A program made the position numbers and the translations under genes. Of a stretch of 64,000 bases of DNA, positions 19,974 to 30,080 are shown piece after piece. Every line of letters begins with the position of its first letter. The first letter of the stretch is position 1. The notes under the pieces were generated by a model. It was not told the DNA's origin, did not search any database, and saw only the letters and a program-made list of their open reading frames with translations. This stretch comes from an uncultured virus (IMG/VR IMGVR_UViG_3300037634_003213) (lineage: Duplodnaviria > Heunggongvirae > Uroviricota > Caudoviricetes), in the IMG/VR virus record IMGVR_UViG_3300037634_003213; one strand, written 5' to 3'.

Positions 19974-20675
19974 TCACTTATACTTAATTACGGATGCCGT
20001 AAGTCTTGAAATCGTTATGGCATCGTTCGACCCGTTTACCCAGCCAAGGTTAGCCGCGTCGGGGTTCGGTGAACCCAGTCCGTGGCTGTCTATGTAGGTT
20101 CGGAGGTCGAAATCGTAAGAGCCGTTCAGCGTATGATAGAAAAGCAAAGTCACGCTTTCAACAGATCGTGCCGCTTGGCTATTTGTTGCAGCCTGTGATT
20201 TAGCGACCGAGTTTTGAATATGCCGCTCTGTAACAGGCAAACGAACGTGGTTTCTAAATAAAGCAAACCCCAAGTCTTCGTTTACATCATTTCCAGATCC
20301 TACCCTGCCCTCTATCCGAACCTCAAACGTGTAGCGGATTACTGCATAACTAAAGTTTGTACCAAGAGTCAGGTTAAATCGAGCACCCGAAGGAAAAGTA
20401 GGCGCAGAACCTGTTCCACCAGTCCAAGATCCTCCAGACGGGACCACTTGCCACGTCGAGACCGGTTGAATTATTCTTTTGGCCCAATCGCCCGAGTCGT
20501 AGCTGAGAGTTGAAATTAAAGGAAAGGCAATACTGCGCTCATCGAGACCCTCCGGCCTGACATTCTCAGCGTTAACCGCTGCGGTTGCAGTTGCTGTTGC
20601 TGTCATCGTAGCATTTGGAGCCGTAATAGATGCAACGTCACCGGGTTGTATTGGAGTGAAAGAAACCTTACTCAT
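19974..20675 (-). CDS. Putative tail structural protein
   Basis: 233-aa beta-rich ORF in the tail cluster. Confidence 0.5.
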   Translation of the reverse strand: MSKVSFTPIQPGDVASITAPNATMTATATATAAVNAENVRPEGLDERSIAFPLISTLSYDSGDWAKRIIQPVSTWQVVPSGGSWTGGTGSAPTFPSGARFNLTLGTNFSYAVIRYTFEVRIEGRVGSGNDVNEDLGFALFRNHVRLPVTERHIQNSVAKSQAATNSQAARSVESVTLLFYHTLNGSYDFDLRTYIDSHGLGSPNPDAANLGWVNGSNDAITISRLTASVIKYK

Positions 20676-21325
20676 CGCTTTCTCCTGTTCACAAGAAGGA
20701 TGGCCTCTTCAATTCGAGGAGAAAAACTCTGTGCCGTAGCGTACCAAGTCACGGTATCTCCACCATCTTTATCGACATATAGCCGAACCGAACACTCCAC
20801 GACGTGAGAGCCAGCCTCTACCGGCAGTGCGCCGCACATATAAATACATTGGCGCTTGTGAAAAGCTGTAAATGGTCCAGCATACGCAATCTCAAAACCA
20901 TCAACAGTCATGATAAAATCATATTGTAGCCAATCTCGGAGCGTTCCTTGGTCGGCATCAACATAGCCGCCTTCATAATTACCGCCCCCATACGAAGAGT
21001 ATGCTGCGGTATCAAATTGAATTGAAGTCTCGCAAATTAAAAGCTCGTCCGATGACGACGTGACGTTGTTTGATGTTTTGATTTTTTGATGGGCTTGGGT
21101 ATCAACATCCAGGGCCTGATAAGTTTCTTGCAAAAATGAAGCTGATATTTCATTAAAAACCGCAGAGCCTACTTCGCTGCCAACAACCACAGATGCGGCT
21201 GGCAGATTGTCTCGATCTAAAGCTCCGTTAATCTCCTCAAGGTACTCCCTGACGTTTTCGTTCCAGTCTTCCGGGTCAAGAATGTCCCCAGCCTGCAAGT
21301 CTCGTTGAATATATCGCCATGCCAT
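20672..21325 (-). CDS. Putative tail structural protein
   Basis: 217-aa ORF overlapping its neighbours, AGAGGA SD. Confidence 0.5.
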   Translation of the reverse strand: MAWRYIQRDLQAGDILDPEDWNENVREYLEEINGALDRDNLPAASVVVGSEVGSAVFNEISASFLQETYQALDVDTQAHQKIKTSNNVTSSSDELLICETSIQFDTAAYSSYGGGNYEGGYVDADQGTLRDWLQYDFIMTVDGFEIAYAGPFTAFHKRQCIYMCGALPVEAGSHVVECSVRLYVDKDGGDTVTWYATAQSFSPRIEEAILLVNRRKR

Positions 21326-23412
21326 TATCCTCTTTGCTCCTCGACTACAGAACTGATTGGGATCATCTTCTCATAAGGAGCGCCGCTAACAACGCCAATT
21401 GCAAAACTTAAGATCTGCAATCGCCTTCCAGAAGACTCAAATGTTAGGCGCAACTCCCTGCACGCCGGTTGCCCTGCTGTAGTAATATCGAACCGAATCG
21501 GAACAGGCCGGTGTTCGTACCACAGACTGGAAGTAGACCATGTAGCCGTGTCATACACTGCATATTGGTTAGTATAGTCTTGTTGGTCTTGAGCTTTTGC
21601 AGACTCTACAGCGGTCAAGTTCCGATTGACTCGATAGGTTAACTCAAAATCATTGTCACCATATCCGATCACATCGCAGACTACATACTTTGGATTGAAC
21701 GCCGCAAAGGGTCCGTTGAAATCAATGTCTGTGGTCTCCCACAACGGCTCAATTGATGCGGTGCCCTTCGTGGACGCGCCGCGTGTATAAACATGCAAAC
21801 CCTTGTTGCTGGAGTCGTTCGAGCCAAAGATGTAATACCCACGGTGGTCTTGCGTCACGATAGCGTCTGCAATTGGGAAGTCTTCCCTGAAAGACCAAGA
21901 TCCAATTGCCCCATGGTAAACCAAAACAAAGTTGTTTTTGTCACTACCGTCAACAGGAACGGCCAACCAATACTCTTTGTCTTTAGGGTAGTAGTTTCCT
22001 ACGGCTTGAATAGATGCCGCGTTGTTGATTCTGTTTGTTAAGCCAGGGATTGGAGTTGAATACCTAATCAACTGAGTTCTTGAACCGACGTTTTCAAGAG
22101 ACCCCTCGATCCCATAAACTCCTTCCATGCTAAGGAACAAGATTCCAACACCTGGAACTTCTGCGATAGAGTTCGGAGCGATGCACCCAATGTCTTTTGA
22201 AATGTTTTGAGAAAAGAATGTTGTTCCAGTCTGCGTCTGCTGAGACTTGATCAAGAATATTCCGCGCTGCTTGAAAACCAGCAAAGCATTTTGAGTAGTG
22301 TAAAGGCCAGTGATTGGGCCGCAATCGTCTTGACCAAAGCTAAGAATATTATCGACTGGAAAAACCTCGGGTCTAAGCTGTGCAGAAAACTGCACGTCGC
22401 TACTATTTGAGCCAGCCAAGAAAAGTCTATTCTTAAATGAGGCCCCCATCGTAGCGCGGGCAGGCCATGGGCCAAAGTCGTCCTCGTCTAACAAAGGACC
22501 CAAGAACGCATCTTGTTTTGCGTCCTCAAAGGTAGTTTGAAAGTTATTTGAAATTTCAGCATGGAAATAAAAATTTGAGCCGATAGCACGGCTTAGTAAA
22601 TCAGCATTGGTATCAAGGCATTGTCGAGTTCTATAGATTCGACGGGCGACAATATTTTCTCCGCCACGAGGGATTGTTACAATAGCCATTTTTCGCTGGC
22701 CATTTACATCATTTGTGCCAGTAATCATTGTTGATGGGCTTGATGGCGGTGACTCCTGCCCTCGCTCATTAATGAATGTGACTTTGTATCTATATCCCCA
22801 CTTTCGGATGGGATCGTCTTTCTTAACGCTCATGCCGGACGCAGCTTTGCGGCCCAATCCAAGCTCCGCGATACCTGTTTTTCCTTTGCGCAGGGCCTGG
22901 CCAGTTGGAGCAGATGGAGCACCATCAAACCCGGCACGCTCCGTATATCTACCGTTAAACACCAGTGCTGGATCTCTGCCGTTGAACAAATAGATCCGAC
23001 CATTCATAGCAACAGATACAGTTCTAAGATGCGGCGCATCCAAAGACGATCTGGATGGAGCTTGTATGCCATCAGACATCATCATTGGTCGCCACTTTTG
23101 AGCCCCAGCCTTACTGCCATCAAACAAGTAAAGACGCATATCGGTAGCGTTCTTAGCTTCAAAGATTAGATGCTGACGATTACCGGAATGCTCCGAGAAC
23201 CAGTGAACACTCTCAATCTCATTAAAGTCAGTCCACGCGGCCCCTTCTTCATCATCTGGGATGAGTACCTTGTACCCACCAGAGTTTTCCCATGCGTCTT
23301 TGTCATTGAAGCGCATGTCGCGAATGCGAAGAGCTTTCGGTGGATTCTGGCTCGGACGCCAAGAATCATCGATACCTCGGAGCGGCTTGAAGAGCAGTCT
23401 GGATGTTTTCAT
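21325..23412 (-). CDS. Tail nozzle/DNA-stabilisation protein (P22 gp10 / tail tubular B-like)
   Basis: 695 aa; beta-propeller-like repeats (NRLFLAG, ITGLY, IGCIAPNSI); podovirus synteny. Confidence 0.65.
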   Translation of the reverse strand: MKTSRLLFKPLRGIDDSWRPSQNPPKALRIRDMRFNDKDAWENSGGYKVLIPDDEEGAAWTDFNEIESVHWFSEHSGNRQHLIFEAKNATDMRLYLFDGSKAGAQKWRPMMMSDGIQAPSRSSLDAPHLRTVSVAMNGRIYLFNGRDPALVFNGRYTERAGFDGAPSAPTGQALRKGKTGIAELGLGRKAASGMSVKKDDPIRKWGYRYKVTFINERGQESPPSSPSTMITGTNDVNGQRKMAIVTIPRGGENIVARRIYRTRQCLDTNADLLSRAIGSNFYFHAEISNNFQTTFEDAKQDAFLGPLLDEDDFGPWPARATMGASFKNRLFLAGSNSSDVQFSAQLRPEVFPVDNILSFGQDDCGPITGLYTTQNALLVFKQRGIFLIKSQQTQTGTTFFSQNISKDIGCIAPNSIAEVPGVGILFLSMEGVYGIEGSLENVGSRTQLIRYSTPIPGLTNRINNAASIQAVGNYYPKDKEYWLAVPVDGSDKNNFVLVYHGAIGSWSFREDFPIADAIVTQDHRGYYIFGSNDSSNKGLHVYTRGASTKGTASIEPLWETTDIDFNGPFAAFNPKYVVCDVIGYGDNDFELTYRVNRNLTAVESAKAQDQQDYTNQYAVYDTATWSTSSLWYEHRPVPIRFDITTAGQPACRELRLTFESSGRRLQILSFAIGVVSGAPYEKMIPISSVVEEQRG

Positions 23413-23426
23413 TCTGCGCTCCTACA

Positions 23427-24107
23427 CTATTCAGTTAGTGCTTGCCTAAGACGTTCATACGTTAAAGTAACGGTGGGCCAATAATATTTAGATTTTCCTG
23501 GGAAATCATCGTCGCCCTGAATAATTCTATTAACCCTTTGATGGCCCACATTGTAAGCAAGGACCGCTAAGTCCTCATTTTTCAAGACACTACGGTCTTC
23601 GTTGAACAGCTTAGCGGCAGCCTCAATAGATAGTTTAGGGTCTAGGCGCTCGTCAAGCGTTCTTCCAGGCATCACCCGTTGCCAGGTTTCTTCCGTCATC
23701 TGCATAAGCCCAAGGTCTTTAGTTGGGCCAACGGCATCAGGGCGACCGCCGGACTCCAGCCCTGCGATGCTGGCCAAGATGTATGGATCAATGTCGTACT
23801 CTGAGCCAAACTCTGAAAAGGTATCACCATAAAAAGCCCATGCTCTAGTAGCGCCTTGAAAAGCGTGGTGACTTCTCCTTGTGACCTCTGGGTCATCAAA
23901 GTTGGGAGTCAACTGCGAAAGGGTTTCAGAACCCTGCCCAAAAGTAATGAATTGTTCCTCGGGCTCCTGAGCCATAAGCGGCTCAGCATCCTCTTCTGTA
24001 GACGGTTCTGAATCCTTTACGGCTGTCTCGTCGTCAACATAAACATCGGAATAATGCTTAGCCCACCAGTCATCTATTCGTTGATCAATCGATCTGGTTC
24101 CAGGCAT
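23427..24107 (-). CDS. Lytic transglycosylase (SLT domain)
   Basis: Motifs AGLESGG, GLMQM, AYNVG. Confidence 0.85.
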   Translation of the reverse strand: MPGTRSIDQRIDDWWAKHYSDVYVDDETAVKDSEPSTEEDAEPLMAQEPEEQFITFGQGSETLSQLTPNFDDPEVTRRSHHAFQGATRAWAFYGDTFSEFGSEYDIDPYILASIAGLESGGRPDAVGPTKDLGLMQMTEETWQRVMPGRTLDERLDPKLSIEAAAKLFNEDRSVLKNEDLAVLAYNVGHQRVNRIIQGDDDFPGKSKYYWPTVTLTYERLRQALTE

Positions 24108-24541
24108 TAGGCCACGCTCATGCTTTGACGGAGCACATCTGAATCCGACATGAACTGTTCCATGTCGTTGCGCATGGTTTCCTCTGCAAAAGAATCCTTG
24201 TGGCCATTGGCCTCTTTCAAAATAGACTCGTACTCTTTCAGTATTTCCTTGTCCTCTGCTTGTTGAGACAAAGTCTGAATACGATTCCGGTAACCTTCAA
24301 CTCTAGCCTGGCTTAATACTGGCGCGTTGATCCGTTGAGAAAGCTCTGGAGCCTGTGTAGACTTCTGTGTTGGCTTCATTCCAACTGATTTGCGACCAGG
24401 AAACCTTTTTTTTCCGGTGGATTTGTCCATGAAAGATTTGCCTGGCAACTCACCATTGTTCTTAGTGGCTGCCTGAAACGCCTTTGCTCCAGACTGGTTT
24501 GCTGTTTGAACTGGGATGTTGCTCATAGGTTTTCGCGCCAT
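24107..24541 (-). CDS. Hypothetical protein
   Basis: 144-aa ORF coupled to neighbours. Confidence 0.55.
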   Translation of the reverse strand: MARKPMSNIPVQTANQSGAKAFQAATKNNGELPGKSFMDKSTGKKRFPGRKSVGMKPTQKSTQAPELSQRINAPVLSQARVEGYRNRIQTLSQQAEDKEILKEYESILKEANGHKDSFAEETMRNDMEQFMSDSDVLRQSMSVA

Positions 24542-24542
24542 A

Positions 24543-24812
24543 TCAATACCCCCCTTCTAATCCTGACAACAGGACATCTTCATCTGAAAATGTAGACTCC
24601 TTGGCCGTAACTCTCTCAGCCCTTTTCCCCGGACTTCCAACTGAACCAAAGACTTCCATAATCTTCTTCCTTCTTCTCTTCTCCTGCAACTCAGCCTTCT
24701 CAGCTTCCGAGGGTTGAGTCGGACGCTCTGCTATAGGTTGTTTTTCTTCTGGGCGTGCCTCTGCACCAAGAAGTTCAAATCGCCTCATTTGTACGTCAAA
24801 AAAGTTTGCCAT
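24543..24812 (-). CDS. Hypothetical protein
   Basis: 89-aa ORF coupled by TGATG overlap. Confidence 0.5.
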   Translation of the reverse strand: MANFFDVQMRRFELLGAEARPEEKQPIAERPTQPSEAEKAELQEKRRRKKIMEVFGSVGSPGKRAERVTAKESTFSDEDVLLSGLEGGY

Positions 24813-26110
24813 CAGGTCTTCACCGGGTCGCCATACAGATACGAATATCCGCGTGGCATTTCTTGAAATTGTCCTTTACGATACAGTCTATCAGAGCGGT
24901 CAAGATAGCGCTTCTTCATTTGCTGTAGACGCTCTTCAGCCTTTACTTCGTAAATGTTTGAGATCTGACCTTGCCCGTATTGCAAGTAGAGATCCGCGAC
25001 AGCCTTGTACACCAGGATGACGTGATACTGCGGAGGGATCTCTGGCTCGTCATTGTACCCAACCAGTCGGCCTGGGCGGCGCATATACCGGATCTCGCAC
25101 TTGATGTCCGCGTCTGGACGCCGGTAAAGACGCATCGTGTCACGAGGCCCTTCGTAGTACAGGGGCCGCGTGTAATCTAATGATCCAGTCCCATCGTCAA
25201 CAAAGGTTGCAGAGGGAGATGCGGCTGGGACTACTTCTGTAATCTGATACCAGCCAGTGTTTGCGGTTGCATTGCGACGGTAGATTCTCTTTCGATACAC
25301 ATCTGTGCCACTGACGGCAGGCAGCCCCCCAATAGTAATTTTACGATTACTGCCTGAAGCCGCAATGGAATCGCTGACGACCGGGCTTGGCGCAGATTCG
25401 ATGCCCTCTCTCTCGATGGTGGCGCAATACTCAAACTTAGTGCTGTACGGCAAAGATCCACCGCTACCATCCGTTATAGTGGTCGCAGTGATTGTAAGGT
25501 CATTATTGAGTGTGCGATCCGCGTCATCGTCCGTGATAATGATTGTGTCGCCGGACGTTGTGTGATCCAGAAGAAGGCCCTCCTCTGTACGCGAGTCCAC
25601 ATAAACAAGTCTGCGGTCTCTTGAGTTCGCGGCCTGACCAAAGATTTCGTCTCGAATGGTGATGCCAAGAAAGTCCACCATATCCTTTGGCAACTTAATC
25701 TTGTCCCACTTTACCTTGAAGGTCGTCACGCCTGTCACGGCACCGGAGCCCCCGGTCGGTTCTGTTAGATATGCCGTTGACGTGCTTGCAACAGAATCAA
25801 TGCGGTACTCGATGCTGTTGGCGGTATCCTCGATTACAGCGCCTTCCATGCCCGTGTGAAGCCATGTTCCTGCTGCTGCGGTCACAGTCTTGTTGTTGTT
25901 CTGTAGTGTCAGAGTAGTTCCTGCTGCGCCCTCGATGTCAGCATAAAGCTGCTGCTCTGTGCGCTCCTGCAAAAATCGCCAGGGATGAGCGCTACAAATC
26001 TCCTCGTAGTGCCTATTGATAAGTCGAACAACATGGCTCTCATGTGTGCTTACGTTTGGGTTGTGGTCAAGTAGACCGTTCACTTCTGATATTAAGTCTT
26101 TAAGAATCAT
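24812..26110 (-). CDS. Head-tail adaptor (tail tubular A-like) with Ig/FN3-like inserts
   Basis: N-terminal helical LINRHYEEI..HPW.FL and C-terminal DEPEIPPQYH.ILVY.A adaptor-type motifs; follows the capsid genes; AGGAGG SD. Confidence 0.6.
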   Translation of the reverse strand: MILKDLISEVNGLLDHNPNVSTHESHVVRLINRHYEEICSAHPWRFLQERTEQQLYADIEGAAGTTLTLQNNNKTVTAAAGTWLHTGMEGAVIEDTANSIEYRIDSVASTSTAYLTEPTGGSGAVTGVTTFKVKWDKIKLPKDMVDFLGITIRDEIFGQAANSRDRRLVYVDSRTEEGLLLDHTTSGDTIIITDDDADRTLNNDLTITATTITDGSGGSLPYSTKFEYCATIEREGIESAPSPVVSDSIAASGSNRKITIGGLPAVSGTDVYRKRIYRRNATANTGWYQITEVVPAASPSATFVDDGTGSLDYTRPLYYEGPRDTMRLYRRPDADIKCEIRYMRRPGRLVGYNDEPEIPPQYHVILVYKAVADLYLQYGQGQISNIYEVKAEERLQQMKKRYLDRSDRLYRKGQFQEMPRGYSYLYGDPVKT

Positions 26111-26121
26111 GTTCCCTCCTG

Positions 26122-26160
26122 AAAGAAAGCCCCCCGAGAGTATATCTCCCGAGGGGCTTC
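26122..26160 (-). terminator. Rho-independent terminator after the capsid/decoration genes
   Basis: Minus strand GAAGCCCCTCGGGAGATATACTCTCGGGGGGCTTTCTTT: GC stem plus U-rich tail. Confidence 0.7.
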
Positions 26161-26180
26161 AAAGTCACACAAAGTTGGAA

Positions 26181-26639
26181 TCAACCAAACCAGCCCTTAT
26201 CAATGATAAGAATAGCTCCGTCAGCAGCACCATCTGTGAAAGCGTTCACAACAACCGCAAAGGGCTGTTCGTCTGCGGCCTCAGTGTCCCACGCACGGAT
26301 TTCACCACTGGCAGAACCGCCAACCATAGTACCGATAGCAGCCGTGTCGCCAGTAACGATTTCTGGAGTATCGTTAAATCCGGCAACCTGGATTTGAACT
26401 GGCCGACCGTCAGCAGCAGCAGTCACGGCAACGCCGCATGCGAGAGGAGAGTTGCTTTCAGCCGTCACTGTCACAACGAAACCAGCGGCACCATAGGTGT
26501 CGGGATCTGGGTCCGCAGTTGTGTCAGTTTCGACTTTCACAACATTGCCAACTGCAATGGCTCCATTGGCCAGCGCGGTAACAATCTTTTTAGGGTATGC
26601 AATGACGCCGTTTGCGCCATCTAATTTTAATACAGACAT
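26181..26639 (-). CDS. Capsid decoration/cement protein
   Basis: 152 aa, Ala/Gly/Val-rich, AIAVGNVV and GVAVTAAA.G..V.IQV.G pattern; directly downstream of the MCP. Confidence 0.65.
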   Translation of the reverse strand: MSVLKLDGANGVIAYPKKIVTALANGAIAVGNVVKVETDTTADPDPDTYGAAGFVVTVTAESNSPLACGVAVTAAADGRPVQIQVAGFNDTPEIVTGDTAAIGTMVGGSASGEIRAWDTEAADEQPFAVVVNAFTDGAADGAILIIDKGWFG

Positions 26640-26664
26640 GATAAATCTCCTTTAAAGACTATGA

Positions 26665-27723
26665 TTAGAAGGTTTCGCCGTCGAAAGCAATACCGGATGA
26701 ACCGAGGTGCTTGGCGACAAGTTGTCCATACAGACGAACATTCGCAGAACGAACGTCGTACTCACCACTAATCTTCTCGAACGGAGACACATCGAAGTAA
26801 CCCTCGCTATCGAAGACCCAGTGAATGTCATCAAGGTTCAGCAAGTAAAAGCTGATGACAGCCGTTGAATGAGTCGTGGTGTTGGTAGGCATGTAGTATT
26901 CGGTTTCCATACGGATACCGTCCCACATTTGGATCATGCGTCCACCGTCAAGCTTTGCCTCATCAACATAACGCTCGTATGCACGAAGCGAACGCTTGAG
27001 GTTTTTAGCTCCCTGACGGGAAGCGAGCCAGATGTGAGGCTCTCCACCAGGAGACACAGCAGAAGTTTCAACACGCAAATCCACAAGTCCTTGAAGACCG
27101 TTAGCGTTGAAGCTTCCGTTGAGGTCCGAGACTTGATTCTGCCAACCGGGGATACCAGAATAGGTGCCCTTAGAGACACCACCAACGGAGTTGGACTGAG
27201 TAAGAACAGCACCCGATTCGAGGAAGCCCGTGAAAGCAGCAGCGGTGCAACCATTCAGGGTGTTCCAGTCAGCAAATCCGCCAGCGTCTACACCCTCAAC
27301 CGTTCTACGGAGGAGGTTACGTCGCATAGCGCCCATGACAGCCTTAGTGCGAGAATCAAGGATACTAATCACAGCGGATTCGCCACGATTCTTGATCTCT
27401 TCATCTTTAGAGATTGCAATAGGCATAGTGGTGTGAGCAGGAGAGTACACCGCAGGGGTAAGTACGTCTGACACGGTTAGGTTCAGCTTCTCGTATCCAG
27501 TCTGAATACGGGTAGCGTTACTGTGCTCACCGAAGCCTAAAGGCTCGATGTAGCGGGTTCCGCCCTCAACTTTGGGTTGACCTTTTCCATGAACATCTTC
27601 ATGAACATCAATCAACGCCGTAGTTCGGGCGAGGTTATCGCGGAAATCTTCCGCTAGTAAGTACAAGGTAGACGAGAGAAGCTCGTCACTAATATTAAGG
27701 CCAGTGGCCTGGGTAACAGCCAT
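26665..27723 (-). CDS. Major capsid protein (HK97 fold likely)
   Basis: 352 aa after the scaffold; GGTRYIEPL and FYLLNLD..H patterns; GAGG SD. Confidence 0.8.
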   Translation of the reverse strand: MAVTQATGLNISDELLSSTLYLLAEDFRDNLARTTALIDVHEDVHGKGQPKVEGGTRYIEPLGFGEHSNATRIQTGYEKLNLTVSDVLTPAVYSPAHTTMPIAISKDEEIKNRGESAVISILDSRTKAVMGAMRRNLLRRTVEGVDAGGFADWNTLNGCTAAAFTGFLESGAVLTQSNSVGGVSKGTYSGIPGWQNQVSDLNGSFNANGLQGLVDLRVETSAVSPGGEPHIWLASRQGAKNLKRSLRAYERYVDEAKLDGGRMIQMWDGIRMETEYYMPTNTTTHSTAVISFYLLNLDDIHWVFDSEGYFDVSPFEKISGEYDVRSANVRLYGQLVAKHLGSSGIAFDGETF

Positions 27724-27744
27724 TTTATTTTCCTCGGGGCTTTG

Positions 27745-28740
27745 TTATTTAAGGCCAGCCAAACGCTTAGCCTCTTCTTGATTGGCCTTCACCCAAGCAT
27801 AAAGCTCTTGGGCTCTGGCTCCCTTTGGAGGACCTGAAGTCTTTGCCGCATTCGCCTTAGACTTCCCAATCTGTCGCGCACTAGCCGCTCTAACCTGGCG
27901 TTGGCGGGCCTGCACTCGCTTTTGCTCCTGCACGCCTTTTTGAGCCTTTACCAGTTCGTATGCATCGGGTGTGCTTAATGCAAACCCTGACGAACGCCGT
28001 TGACGAATAAGCTCTGCAACTTCCCCACGAAACCTTGTATCCCTCATTTCAGGATGTGATTCCATAAAGTCGCTCAAAGCCAATCGCCGGGTTTCCCGCT
28101 CAGAATGCTCAGCAATCGGTTGAACCAATTGACTAAGCTTCGCAGCAGCAGCACGCTCGATGCGTGCCTCGATTCCTTCTGGGCTCAAAAGATCTGGAAG
28201 CTCCGATTCGGGCTTGGACAGAACTTGTTTAAGCTTGGGGTCATCAATGAGTTTAGCAAAAGCCTTTTGACGAGTAATAAGAGCACGCTCTTTATCCCTC
28301 AAGGCTGTTTCCCTATCACCGTATGACGCCTCAAGATCGCGAGCTTTCGATGAATCTCGTTGGCGTTTGTTGTGGTAGTCACGACGCAGATTGTGGATGA
28401 CCTGCTTTGAAAGCGGGTCCAATTTCTCCAGATGCTCCGGTTTGATTCCCTTGTAGAAACCATCCAACGAAAAAGTTTCGTCTTCAGGTAGCTCCGATGT
28501 CAAAAGATCGAATCCTCGATCCGGCTTGTCATCAGCGTTTGTCTCATTGGTGCCCCGAGTCCCTGACTTGCCTTCAAGTTTCGCCGCGCTGTCGTGATCC
28601 TGAGCCGCATTAACCTGCTCGATGATGTTGCCCGAGGCTGCATCACTGGTAGCCACATCGGCTACAGGTTGGGCTGAGGGACCATTAGACGCTACGGCTC
28701 CACCATCAACAGTAGAGTTGCTCAGTTCCGTGTCTGACAT
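27745..28740 (-). CDS. Capsid scaffolding protein
   Basis: Acidic disordered N-terminus, coiled coil, basic C-terminus; immediately upstream of the MCP. Confidence 0.65.
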   Translation of the reverse strand: MSDTELSNSTVDGGAVASNGPSAQPVADVATSDAASGNIIEQVNAAQDHDSAAKLEGKSGTRGTNETNADDKPDRGFDLLTSELPEDETFSLDGFYKGIKPEHLEKLDPLSKQVIHNLRRDYHNKRQRDSSKARDLEASYGDRETALRDKERALITRQKAFAKLIDDPKLKQVLSKPESELPDLLSPEGIEARIERAAAAKLSQLVQPIAEHSERETRRLALSDFMESHPEMRDTRFRGEVAELIRQRRSSGFALSTPDAYELVKAQKGVQEQKRVQARQRQVRAASARQIGKSKANAAKTSGPPKGARAQELYAWVKANQEEAKRLAGLK

Positions 28741-28819
28741 TTTTTCTCCTTACATACAGGCAAGGGCACCTGCATAGAACGATTGTAAAGCTCCACGGCA
28801 TGTGAAGCAAGAGTGTAAG

Positions 28820-29440
28820 CTACATGTTTTCAGAAAGAAGCTCTTCGTCTGGCGACATAGGCTCCTCTTCACCCGCTGGCATTGGTGGCGGCTCAGCGCC
28901 CTCTGCCATCACTTCTTCACCTGGTGGCGATTGAAGATCTTGCGCAAGCTGCTTATCTTTTTCCATCATCTTAAGTTTACCAGCGGCAGCCTTAAGAGCA
29001 GAATCGGAAACTAGCCCTTCCGGTTCAAACATGTACTTTTCGTAGTTACCCTCGGCATCCACAAAGCGAATTGCTTCAATTAAAGCAATAGCTGGTGCGT
29101 AAACCTCGGCAGGAAGAGGCTCTGCCCAACGGTCGCCCTTCTGAATCATGTCGGGGTTGGGTTCCCAAGCAGGAATCTCAACATCCGTTCCAGCCAAGGC
29201 GTCGAGGGTCTTGTCCATCTGATCCGAAAACATCGAGATTGTTTTTATCTTAAATGGTTTCTCGGGCGGTGGAGCGCCCATGGCAAGTTCCTGCATTTTG
29301 AGATCAGCTTCTTGTGCGCGAAGTTGCTCAACATCTTGCGTGCTCGGCCCCATATCACCCCCGGAAGGAGGGGGCATTGGAGGACCGCCAGGCTCTCCTG
29401 GGTATGGAAGGCTTTCTCCGGTGACTGGATCAACTGGCAT
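28820..29440 (-). CDS. Hypothetical acidic/Pro-rich head-region protein (start revised to MPVDP at 29440)
   Basis: AAGGAGAG SD before the ATG at 29440. Confidence 0.6.
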   Translation of the reverse strand: MPVDPVTGESLPYPGEPGGPPMPPPSGGDMGPSTQDVEQLRAQEADLKMQELAMGAPPPEKPFKIKTISMFSDQMDKTLDALAGTDVEIPAWEPNPDMIQKGDRWAEPLPAEVYAPAIALIEAIRFVDAEGNYEKYMFEPEGLVSDSALKAAAGKLKMMEKDKQLAQDLQSPPGEEVMAEGAEPPPMPAGEEEPMSPDEELLSENM

Positions 29441-29456
29441 TTTCTCTCTCCTTAAA

Positions 29457-30080
29457 TCATTCTGGTGGAAGAAGCGTATCAACACGCCCTTCATCTATTG
29501 CTTTTCTGAAGTCTTTGTACGCGGGATCATTATGAACTCTGTCATAGTAATCCTTATACGTTTCTTTTTCCTCTTCAACCTTTGATTCGTTTTTTACTAT
29601 CTCACCAGCCAAATCCCAATCTCCATCAACAGGAGTCAATCCTCGTTGCCTACAAATCTCGCGGCGGTGGTTTTCAGATGTGAGAGTAACCCCAAGGCCC
29701 CGATCATAATAAGGGAACCGGGCCCAGTGCATGTCGAGTTTAACTTTCCAGACGCGGCCAGCCTTTCCATCGCAAGAGTCAAACTCACACTCGACTTCTT
29801 GTGGCGCTTTGCCAACAAACCACTCCCAAGTACCGTGGTTACATGTGGCGCATTTGTACTGAACAAGACGTTCTTTCTTCAGAAACTCTTCAGCAGATGT
29901 TCCAGTACCGTAAATCGTATGCCCGTTCTTACGTTTTGGTGGTGGTCGCCAATTGAGTTTTCTGTGTTTGGCGTTTGAGCCGCATTCCTCACACTCAATT
30001 TCTACCGGGCGTGACGCAATGCTAGTAAAGATCTCAGTCTCGTGCTCACATTTCTCACAATCAAAAGTGTAAATAGGCAT
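29457..30080 (-). CDS. FmdB-family zinc-ribbon protein with two CxxC ribbons
   Basis: MPIYTFDCEKC...CEECGS and YKCATC...CEFDSC. Confidence 0.7.
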   Translation of the reverse strand: MPIYTFDCEKCEHETEIFTSIASRPVEIECEECGSNAKHRKLNWRPPPKRKNGHTIYGTGTSAEEFLKKERLVQYKCATCNHGTWEWFVGKAPQEVECEFDSCDGKAGRVWKVKLDMHWARFPYYDRGLGVTLTSENHRREICRQRGLTPVDGDWDLAGEIVKNESKVEEEKETYKDYYDRVHNDPAYKDFRKAIDEGRVDTLLPPE

